Source: a virus (taxonomy: Duplodnaviria; Heunggongvirae; Uroviricota; Caudoviricetes). Taken from it: DNA of 24,401 bases. Shown in pieces: positions 1 through 7,122 of this stretch (positions are counted from its first letter, which is position 1; the number at the start of each line of letters is the position of its first letter). Both the position numbers and the translations under genes were made by a program. Where the stretch lies: the IMG/VR virus record IMGVR_UViG_2802429219_000006, positions 1 to 24,401 of that record. One strand, 5' to 3'. Below the pieces are notes generated by a model that saw nothing but the letters and a program-made list of their open reading frames with translations, was not told the DNA's origin and searched no databases.

Positions 1-905
1 AGATTCATCAGGTCTTTGGTTGTGGTTCCAGACTTACTCCGCCACTTGAAATATTCGTTTCCATTATCCCCCGCTTCAAACCACAGATATGAATCGGTGT
101 CTGAATCCGAATCATTTTTAAACCCAAGCTTTGCCCAATCTGTATTTCGAATCCACGCAAGGATTGAGTCATTTTCAAACGTCAGCCCACCCGATAATGT
201 ATCACCAGATTTTTTTACATATCGCAGATCAAAATCTGAATAGATATTGCCGGGGTTTATCACACTGAAATAACTTTTCTCGCTATCAAGAAGACAAATT
301 AAGGGAATGCCTTTAATGATATCGTTCGCTACCAGCTCGGACTGGTTCCCCTTATAAAGTGGGAACGAACCAAGAACCCTTCCGCCCAGTGTTAGTTGAA
401 GCGTCGCAGCGTTGGTATTGTTCTGAACGGGGAAAACGATAATCGGGGTTCGTAGCGTCCAGTCCGAGCCTCCATTAACAAAAAACGTCGCGGGAAGTTC
501 CAGCGTCAGTGCGTTTGCAGTACCACCAGCAACACCCGCAATATAATGACCGCTCTGAAGCTGCGCTATCTGTACGAAATAGTTTTCCGATCCACGCGTG
601 GCAAAGTTAGCCACAACGTCATTAAGGGACCAACCTTTCGCGGTTGTTCCTTCCTGCCCACGAATGACTCTCAACACATCACCGCTTACCGATACCAGGT
701 GACAAATCTCAAATGCAGACTCTTTATTATCGGTAAGCGTAATTTTTGCATAGACGCGTTGCTCGTTCGATTTATTTTCAAAATCGGCAGAAAGCAATTT
801 TGCAAATTTAGCCCCTGTACCGGGCATTACCGGAATATCGGTCTGGATCGTGGTGATATCACCAGCCAGTGCTGAAACAACGTTATTGCCGAATCCAAGA
901 ATCAT
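1..905 (-). CDS. Phage tail fibre protein, N-terminal ~300 codons; the 3' end lies beyond the left edge of the window
   Basis: Minus-strand ATG at 905-903 overlaps the stop of the upstream gene (ATGA). My own translation of the reverse complement of 1-905 is open throughout and contains ...GDTLSGGLTFENDSILAWIRNTDWAKLGFKNDSDSDTDSYLWFEAGDNGNEYFKWRS..., which I recognise as the conserved block of P2 gpH-type tail fibres. Absent from the ORF track because there is no stop inside the window. Confidence 0.8.
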   Translation of the reverse strand, partial: MILGFGNNVVSALAGDITTIQTDIPVMPGTGAKFAKLLSADFENKSNEQRVYAKITLTDNKESAFEICHLVSVSGDVLRVIRGQEGTTAKGWSLNDVVANFATRGSENYFVQIAQLQSGHYIAGVAGGTANALTLELPATFFVNGGSDWTLRTPIIVFPVQNNTNAATLQLTLGGRVLGSFPLYKGNQSELVANDIIKGIPLICLLDSEKSYFSVINPGNIYSDFDLRYVKKSGDTLSGGLTFENDSILAWIRNTDWAKLGFKNDSDSDTDSYLWFEAGDNGNEYFKWRSKSGTTTKDLMN

Positions 906-1528
906 TTTTGAATCACTGTTGTTGCATAGGAATAAATAAAAGGGAGTTTTACATATTTCTGGTCAATGGCATCTTTCAGAAAATAGCCTATACCATCGCC
1001 ATACTCTGGTATCTGAATAGAAAAAACACTGTCCGATACAGTCACACTCACATCAAAAGTATGCTGTAACGGCGGGTCTATTCCGTTTTTTCCATGAATA
1101 AACCGCGCCACACGGCGCTTTAACCAGTCAATGCAGAAATGCGAACCGTCAGCCTTATAAAAATTCCACGTTAATATTCGTTTAAAATAATCATCAGGAA
1201 CATACGATGCCTGCCCCGGAACGTAATTCCGCATTGCTGCATACGGGATCGTATTGTATTCAATGGTATCGTATGCGCCGCGTGCAATAGCCTCCTCGGA
1301 AACCTGTAGTAAAGGCCTTTCAACGCCATAAATACCAAGCGCAATCCAGTCCAGCAACTGTCCGGTTATTGACTCCGATGTCCAGCATGGCAACGCCAGT
1401 TTATTGAGTGAATCGAGATATTCCTGAGCGATTTCATTGTATGCATCAAAGAACGCAACAATATTCGGATCATCTCTATACTGTACAAATGGATAAGCAG
1501 GAAGAATTTTCTCAGTCAGATATTGCAT
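902..1528 (-). CDS. Putative baseplate / tail-fibre attachment protein (position equivalent to P2 gpI or Mu gp48)
   Basis: ORF 902-1636 in the track. The first 36 codons overlap the upstream gene, so I place the start at the internal ATG near 1528 (MQYLTEKILPAYP...), which overlaps the upstream stop by 17 nt. Its stop overlaps the tail fibre start. Family assignment is by position and size only. Confidence 0.45.
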   Translation of the reverse strand: MQYLTEKILPAYPFVQYRDDPNIVAFFDAYNEIAQEYLDSLNKLALPCWTSESITGQLLDWIALGIYGVERPLLQVSEEAIARGAYDTIEYNTIPYAAMRNYVPGQASYVPDDYFKRILTWNFYKADGSHFCIDWLKRRVARFIHGKNGIDPPLQHTFDVSVTVSDSVFSIQIPEYGDGIGYFLKDAIDQKYVKLPFIYSYATTVIQK

Positions 1529-2738
1529 ACTTGTTGACCTGAACCTGTGATGCCACCGTCGAAAAATAAGAATAGGTATCGCCATAAACCAGACTCGTAT
1601 CTTTCGCAGGCGAGACAATATGGCCGTTAATACCAATGCTCACACTAATTGTTGAGATCAACGTCGCATCAACCAGCAGCCTGACAGAACTGGTAAAAAT
1701 ATCCTGGATACGCAGAAGATTTATCGGGTGTCCGACTTCAATTGAATTGATGTAATCAGCAACGTTTTGCTGCACAGCCATAGCAATACCCGCCGGGTCA
1801 ACATAATCATCAGACACCGTGTTCCAGGTGATTAGCACCATGACGTTTTGTGATGACGGGATAACGAACGGCACCTGATAAACGTCCGGCGAAACGGTTA
1901 TTGAAACCGTGCGTTTTTCCACTGCCGCACCGGATGGATTGCTTACATCGTTGGTCAGTTTCGAAATATCCGGTACAGATTTGTAAATCGCATAAGCCAC
2001 GTCATACGGATCACCGCCACCAACAACCGCAACCCATTTCCCCAGCGACGACTGCCGGAAAGAAATCAGGTTTTCGCGCACACCGCTTACTGATTTGAGC
2101 ATCGCTTTAAAGCAATCCGGTGTTCCCTGCACACCAAACATGCCGGACTCCATGACTTCGGCGCGGTAAGATGCCCACGTTTGCGCCTCCTGACCTGGCA
2201 TTCCTGCGGTAAGGTTCGTGCATTTTACAGGCTGATCTTTGGGTACCGATGTAATGACCTGAGTTACGGTTCCTTCCGGTACAGCCCATGAGCCTGACGT
2301 TATGGCCACACAGTAGACTGGCTCAGTCTGCCCGCTTTCCGGCACCACAGTATCGCGGGAAACTGCATACTGGTAGTTGCCGTCACCGACAACAAATCCT
2401 TTAGGGATACCAAACCCCGGCAACGCCTCAAACACCACGTATACCGCCGTATTTGTACTTAATCCCTTCTGTGCTCCATAAATGTTTCCGAGTTGCATCA
2501 GTAACGGAATATTCGCGCCATATGGGCTTACGGAGTTAATAAGATCCACCCGCGCCTGGTCTATTAATGCCAGCGCCCCGACAGCCGTGCTGGCAAGGTC
2601 TGTAATAAGTCCCGCCGGAAGGTTGGCTGTATATCCAGGTACTTTTTCAGCAACTCTGGTGATAAGATTCGCGAGCAAGTCATTGGGTGGCGTAGGCTGC
2701 GCACCCGCACTGGTCATAGTAATTGGTATTTCTGACAT
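1512..2738 (-). CDS. Putative baseplate wedge protein (gpJ / Mu gp47-like by position)
   Basis: 412-codon ORF in the track, which begins at a TTG at 2750; I prefer the in-frame ATG at 2738 (MSEIPIT...). It lies between the baseplate genes and the tail fibre. No motif was checked. Confidence 0.5.
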   Translation of the reverse strand: MSEIPITMTSAGAQPTPPNDLLANLITRVAEKVPGYTANLPAGLITDLASTAVGALALIDQARVDLINSVSPYGANIPLLMQLGNIYGAQKGLSTNTAVYVVFEALPGFGIPKGFVVGDGNYQYAVSRDTVVPESGQTEPVYCVAITSGSWAVPEGTVTQVITSVPKDQPVKCTNLTAGMPGQEAQTWASYRAEVMESGMFGVQGTPDCFKAMLKSVSGVRENLISFRQSSLGKWVAVVGGGDPYDVAYAIYKSVPDISKLTNDVSNPSGAAVEKRTVSITVSPDVYQVPFVIPSSQNVMVLITWNTVSDDYVDPAGIAMAVQQNVADYINSIEVGHPINLLRIQDIFTSSVRLLVDATLISTISVSIGINGHIVSPAKDTSLVYGDTYSYFSTVASQVQVNKYAISD

Positions 2739-2759
2739 AATTAATCTCAAGAGGATTTT

Positions 2760-3308
2760 ATGAAATTTAACTCATTAGGGATTTTGATTAGCTCACTGCT
2801 ATTTTCTGGTGTTTCTCATGCAATTGATGTCACAGAGAGAATGAATGACATTCAACAATTTGGTAAATGGTATTATGCTGAGTTTACCATGCCTACCACT
2901 ATGGCTTATCGTATTGGTGTTGAATCCAAATTGCCGCAGGATAAATCAACTTTATTTATTGATATATCACCGTTAACTCAATGTGAGCCCGGTGATGTAA
3001 CTGTCAATCATTTTATTGGATATAAACAAATGGATTTACCACCGTTCCTTCCTGTAAGCTATAAAATCAGTGGACAACAAAAGCAGGACTCTATAACACC
3101 CCCATCTATCAATGAAGGTTACTTGTTCAGTCCTATTAGCTCATTAAAGATTAGTGATTTGTTAAAATCTAAAGGGAAAGGTAGTTTTTCTTTTTGGTAC
3201 ACTCCGCCAACTGAAAGTAAAGAAAAACCACAAAAAATATTCTTCCCATTAGATGGCCTTCCGGAAGCATATAAGGCTGCAATCAATTCCTGTAAAGAAA
3301 ACATGTAA
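2760..3308 (+). CDS. Secreted or periplasmic protein of unknown function (moron gene); predicted Sec signal peptide
   Basis: 182-codon ORF with a strong RBS (AAGAGGA, 8 nt upstream of the ATG). N-terminus MKFNSLGILISSLLFSGVSHA-IDV has a basic n-region, hydrophobic core and SHA cleavage motif; two Cys in the mature part. The DNA is visibly AT-rich against the flanking structural genes, and the gene is on the opposite strand to the tail operon. Confidence 0.7.
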   Translation: MKFNSLGILISSLLFSGVSHAIDVTERMNDIQQFGKWYYAEFTMPTTMAYRIGVESKLPQDKSTLFIDISPLTQCEPGDVTVNHFIGYKQMDLPPFLPVSYKISGQQKQDSITPPSINEGYLFSPISSLKISDLLKSKGKGSFSFWYTPPTESKEKPQKIFFPLDGLPEAYKAAINSCKENM

Positions 3309-3326
3309 AATCAGGCAGTGATATTT

Positions 3327-3815
3327 ATGATGCACGCCTTTCTCGAAGTAGGTAAACGCTTTGCTACTTGGATCACCGAGCGAATCAGCTAGTATGAATT
3401 CGTAGAAAATCAGGACTTTTTGATTATTTCCCAAAATCGGGAAATAATCGATAGAGGCATACCAGCTAAAGACTACCACCTCATCCTGGACCCCGCCAAA
3501 GAACTGGCAATGGTCGAGCGCAACGAAAAAGGCTGCCAGATCCGCCGATACTTCATCGAGTGCGAGAAGAAGCTGCGCGAAGAAACCACCAGCACACAAT
3601 CCCCTCTGAATGTTGACATCATCATGCGCGTCAGAAACGGCTCCGTTACCCACATTGAGCACCACAAATCAGGCTCAGTTATAACCACAGAATGGGCAAT
3701 TCACTTACTACGCAAAAGTGGATGGATTGTCATGCCTCGCGATGAACTTCTTAACACGCCACTGGCCCAACTGATGCCCGAAAGCTTGCCTCAAACCGGA
3801 ACCTGCGTCCGGTAA
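3327..3815 (+). pseudogene. AntA-like antirepressor remnant: 5'-truncated, with an in-frame amber codon at 3390-3392
   Basis: Reading frame ATG(3327) MMHAFLEVGKRFATWITERIS-TAG-YEFVENQDFLIISQNREIIDRGIPAKDYHLILDPAKELAMVERNEKGCQIRRYFIECEKKL... The ORF track only reports the part after the stop (3420-3815, TTG start). The WI..RI..Y.FVENQDF and AKELAMVE...RRYFIECE blocks match my memory of the phage AntA/AntB antirepressor domain; the usual N-terminal part of that domain is missing. Confidence 0.5.
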
Positions 3816-4138
3816 CTGGTTCCGTTAAAAAACACAACATCGATGTTATAGGTGGGGTTCTCTGCCCCATCTACCTTTGAAATGGCCAATGATGCAAAAT
3901 ACCCGGCAAACTGTTGCTGAACCATGTTCACATAGTAGTCCGGGTAAATCTGCTGCACGATGCACTGCTGCGCAGGAATACCGTAATTCGCGTAAAATGG
4001 CGACTCCCCCAATCCCAGCTTTAACGTCTGAATGAGCGTCGTCAGCCAGCCGTAGGAGAAATCACCGTTGGCGTCAGATTCTACTGCAACCCATTTTTTG
4101 TTGCCGTTCGGGTCGGTGACGCGGCCCCATGTTCTCAT
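3791..4138 (-). CDS. Putative small baseplate protein (gpW / Mu gp46 position)
   Basis: 115-codon ORF, 4 nt downstream of the preceding gene, with an RBS-like GAAAGG upstream. Assigned by size and position between the spike and wedge genes; the sequence does not obviously match P2 gpW. Confidence 0.4.
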   Translation of the reverse strand: MRTWGRVTDPNGNKKWVAVESDANGDFSYGWLTTLIQTLKLGLGESPFYANYGIPAQQCIVQQIYPDYYVNMVQQQFAGYFASLAISKVDGAENPTYNIDVVFFNGTSYRTQVPV

Positions 4139-4141
4139 ACG

Positions 4142-4339
4142 TCAACCTTTCAAGTAAATTAAGGTGCCGGTAACCAGAGCGGTGCAAATGATCCACGCTA
4201 CTGGAGTCAGAATATGCCGAATACCCCGACATACTGCGATTATTCTCGCAGCCTTATCAGCCTCTTGTGGGGTTGTCTCAGCCTTAATCATCAAATCGTC
4301 TCCAAATTTATCTTTAGGTGCGCTAGAATTTGGTTGCAT
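4142..4339 (-). CDS. Small protein with a C-terminal transmembrane helix (unknown function)
   Basis: ORF 4142-4357 in the track. I prefer the internal ATG at 4339 (MQPNSSAPKDK...), which has a GGAGA Shine-Dalgarno 6 nt upstream; the first ATG has none. C-terminus ILTPVAWIICTALVTGTLIYL is hydrophobic. Confidence 0.4.
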   Translation of the reverse strand: MQPNSSAPKDKFGDDLMIKAETTPQEADKAARIIAVCRGIRHILTPVAWIICTALVTGTLIYLKG

Positions 4340-4382
4340 GAGTAATCTCCATGCCATTACAAATACTGTTCTGTTGATACAA

Positions 4383-4415
4383 AAAGCCCCGAACTGTTCC
4401 AGCAGCCGGGGCTTT
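4383..4415. terminator. GC-rich hairpin with T-tract, candidate intrinsic terminator (mainly for the minus strand)
   Basis: AAAGCCCCG-aactgttccagcagc-CGGGGCTTT. On the minus strand the stem is followed by TTTTTGT. It lies between the stop of the spike gene (4455) and the next gene. Confidence 0.45.
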
Positions 4416-4454
4416 CGCTTTATGAGATAGAATTTAAAGTGAAATGAACCGGAA

Positions 4455-5168
4455 TTAACCCGGATTTGGTTGCTTCGACGTGATCGTGCTGCCGCCGCTT
4501 TGAACGCCAGTCACATCGTGGCTGTGGCCGCTGGCGCTCACGCCGTTGATAACTGCATCTTTCTCGACCTTAAGAGGGCCAATCAGCGAAGCGGTTGTAT
4601 CCTTCATCTGGGCTTTGTCCTGGACGATCGGTCCGTTGAGGTGAATTTTCCCGTTCAGGAAAATATCTTCGGCCTCAAGGTAAACAGCTTTCGACTTTTG
4701 CCTGATTTCTTCCGGAGCCACCGTTACCGAGCTACTGCTGTCCTCTGTTTTGAGGATCGCGCCATCCGGACCGTACAAAACGATTTTTTGCGGATCTTCG
4801 TCGGACCAGTCCTTGTTTGCCAGTGGCACGAAAAACAGTGGAGTGAGCGACATCGAGTAAGAGAGCGTCGCCATACCGGTTCCCAATCCGGACACACCGC
4901 GCAGTGATACATCAGCGGCAATTGTTACTCCTCGATCGCCCGGCTGTATCGGGTAACGAATATACGGGAATGTGGCGACAGGGATTGTTATCTGCGGAAA
5001 ATTGATCCCCTCCGGCAGCATATCAAACTGAACTGTCACTATCTGCCCACTGACATCGACAACATGGCAGGGCAACTCGCGGCCTTTCATATCCATTCTT
5101 GAGCGAGTGTGCTCATCAATCAATGTTGACAGAAGTCGCGTCATTGAATGTTTTTGAGCATTAGACAT
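4455..5168 (-). CDS. Baseplate spike protein (P2 gpV-like)
   Basis: 237-codon ORF. The C-terminal ...GVSASGHSHDVTGVQSGGSTITS resembles the His-rich apex region I recall in P2 gpV (HTHKHPGDSGGTTG). Position is between the hub and wedge genes. Confidence 0.55.
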   Translation of the reverse strand: MSNAQKHSMTRLLSTLIDEHTRSRMDMKGRELPCHVVDVSGQIVTVQFDMLPEGINFPQITIPVATFPYIRYPIQPGDRGVTIAADVSLRGVSGLGTGMATLSYSMSLTPLFFVPLANKDWSDEDPQKIVLYGPDGAILKTEDSSSSVTVAPEEIRQKSKAVYLEAEDIFLNGKIHLNGPIVQDKAQMKDTTASLIGPLKVEKDAVINGVSASGHSHDVTGVQSGGSTITSKQPNPG

Positions 5169-5182
5169 TCCCGCACCTCCGA

Positions 5183-6190
5183 TCAGTTAAATGCATCAGT
5201 GTTAATTATTGCCGCCGCAGTAAACACTGTAACCCATGCATCGCCATCTGCCGTTAAAAACGAACCGATATGGCGGACTGACGTAATCTGAAATAACCCT
5301 GAAAATGTTACCAATGAATTAGTGAGCGCCGATGACTGTGTGATAGCAGACATCAAAATGGAGGATGTACCAGAAAACATTCTTTCTGGAAGACTGACAA
5401 TATCACCACAGCAAATATCCCCACGCAGCGGACACTTAAAGGTCATTTCCAGAGGCGCCGACCACGTAGGTTGCCCAAGTAGCTCCCATGCCTCTATTTT
5501 TTTTGGTGAGCTGCTTTTTGTGTTATCAAATATACGAATAGTGCCTGACTGAACTGTTATTCTGACTCCGGTGTAACGTTCATCACGAATGATATTTAAT
5601 GACCAACTTCTAATCGCCGCTGCCAGTGATGTGATGTTTTTATATACTATTGGTTCATCTTCTGAAAGGATAAGATTATCACTTATAGTGCATTCTATTT
5701 TTTTATCAGGAAAAGCGTCACACAACACACGAGTAAGCACGTTCCCCAGTGTCTCTCCTTTCTTGCCGTAACCACAAATAGAAATCATTTTCCCATCAAT
5801 TGTGCGCGTTGGAGTTGGATTAATAATAAGATTCAGCGACTGATTAGTTCCAATCCAGTTCCCATAGGCTGCCAGTACTTCTCCATTAATAATTTCTCCC
5901 TGCTGTGACTTATTAGCTAACGGTAAACCATCGGTAAAACCTGCATACAAACTTACGAGACATCCTTTCAGATTAACTGCCTGAGTTAGCATACTCATTG
6001 GCAATCCGTAGAGCGCCAGCATTGTTCCTGATGTTGTGACATCATATCCAACCACAGTAACATCAAACTCAATATGCAAAGCGCATCCTGGTGTTTTACT
6101 GCTATCAAACGGACCAATTTTATTATTGTTCTTGTCCACAGGTGGTTGTTGTGTATCTGGTTTGGTAATAATAAGTTTATAATAACGCAT
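5183..6190 (-). CDS. Putative baseplate hub or tail structural protein
   Basis: 335-codon ORF, tightly packed in the tail operon; its start overlaps the stop of the upstream gene. Function assigned by position only. Confidence 0.45.
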   Translation of the reverse strand: MRYYKLIITKPDTQQPPVDKNNNKIGPFDSSKTPGCALHIEFDVTVVGYDVTTSGTMLALYGLPMSMLTQAVNLKGCLVSLYAGFTDGLPLANKSQQGEIINGEVLAAYGNWIGTNQSLNLIINPTPTRTIDGKMISICGYGKKGETLGNVLTRVLCDAFPDKKIECTISDNLILSEDEPIVYKNITSLAAAIRSWSLNIIRDERYTGVRITVQSGTIRIFDNTKSSSPKKIEAWELLGQPTWSAPLEMTFKCPLRGDICCGDIVSLPERMFSGTSSILMSAITQSSALTNSLVTFSGLFQITSVRHIGSFLTADGDAWVTVFTAAAIINTDAFN

Positions 6191-6456
6191 CAGGAAATCT
6201 CGAACTGGTTAGAACTGGCGCGATAAACTATCTTTCCCGGAGCAAGAGGTAACGCCAGATTAATATCAAAATTATCAGGTGATGGCACCACAGGAACAAA
6301 ACTGATTATATCCCCATTTTCATTCTGTAATTTCAAATAATAACGTTGTGCATAAATATTATATGGCAGAGTTGCCTGAATGTTTACTCCGCCAACTGTT
6401 GCCATGAAACTGAATGGTTCATCCATCCCGGGGGTAAATACAATTCTCTCTTGCAT
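6190..6456 (-). CDS. Small tail structural protein (unknown function)
   Basis: 88-codon ORF between two tail genes, translationally coupled. Confidence 0.45.
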   Translation of the reverse strand: MQERIVFTPGMDEPFSFMATVGGVNIQATLPYNIYAQRYYLKLQNENGDIISFVPVVPSPDNFDINLALPLAPGKIVYRASSNQFEIS

Positions 6457-6466
6457 ATATTCCCTT

Positions 6467-7120
6467 TTAAAATTTTGGTATTGGAGGGATTAAATCGCCA
6501 TTAGCTTTCCATGTCGCTTTCCCCGGTGTTCCTTTTTCAAACTTGCTCATAATATTGTTGAGTGTTTGCGTTACCGATGACGTTGTGATTAGTGGTTGCT
6601 CAAACTCTATTTGCCAGGTGTGCTGAACTTGTTTATTTTGTTCGGAAAGCCCTGATACATCTATAAATGATCGCATCAGGCAGTCTGTATAAATATATGA
6701 AGGAGTTAATACAATATATCTTCCTCCTTTGTCATTATGCATTTCCAGAAAAATTTTCAGTGCTGCAAATGTAATTCCTTTTGTAATGTATCCGCCATCT
6801 TCTGTTGATACCGGACGAACCATTTGCATAACAACACGATTAGGTTTCTTTACTACTGAATTTGCAGCTGTAATCTGGTTGTAAAAATTCAGATTACAAA
6901 TATCCTGCTGAATTAGTGTTGTTCCAGGCATAGGAGTAAATGCAGCCGTCGCTCCATTCAACTTTCCATGCAGCAAGCCATTTACAATACTTAATCCCTC
7001 AGTGAATAAAGCAACAGGAATTATTCCACCCGGTATTTTTTCCGCAATTCCACCTTGCAAAAGGATAGGAGATGTCTGAAACGCAAGTTTAAAAACACTC
7101 CCCACAACCCCCAGCGACAT
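6467..7120 (-). CDS. Tail structural protein directly downstream of the tape measure gene
   Basis: ORF 6467-7126 in the track. I prefer the ATG at 7120, which has a GAGGTG Shine-Dalgarno and sits 2 nt after the tape measure stop. Confidence 0.45.
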   Translation of the reverse strand: MSLGVVGSVFKLAFQTSPILLQGGIAEKIPGGIIPVALFTEGLSIVNGLLHGKLNGATAAFTPMPGTTLIQQDICNLNFYNQITAANSVVKKPNRVVMQMVRPVSTEDGGYITKGITFAALKIFLEMHNDKGGRYIVLTPSYIYTDCLMRSFIDVSGLSEQNKQVQHTWQIEFEQPLITTSSVTQTLNNIMSKFEKGTPGKATWKANGDLIPPIPKF

Positions 7121-7122
7121 AA

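Noticed and set aside
16-875. Plus-strand ORFs 16-243 and 546-875 (and 869-1069)
   Set aside because: They lie antisense to the continuous minus-strand tail fibre and baseplate reading frames, have no convincing RBS and give low-complexity products; treated as frame artefacts.
1529-1636. The 5' extension of ORF 902-1636 (first 36 codons)
   Set aside because: It lies entirely within the 3' end of the upstream baseplate gene in another frame; the internal ATG at 1528 is the more likely start.
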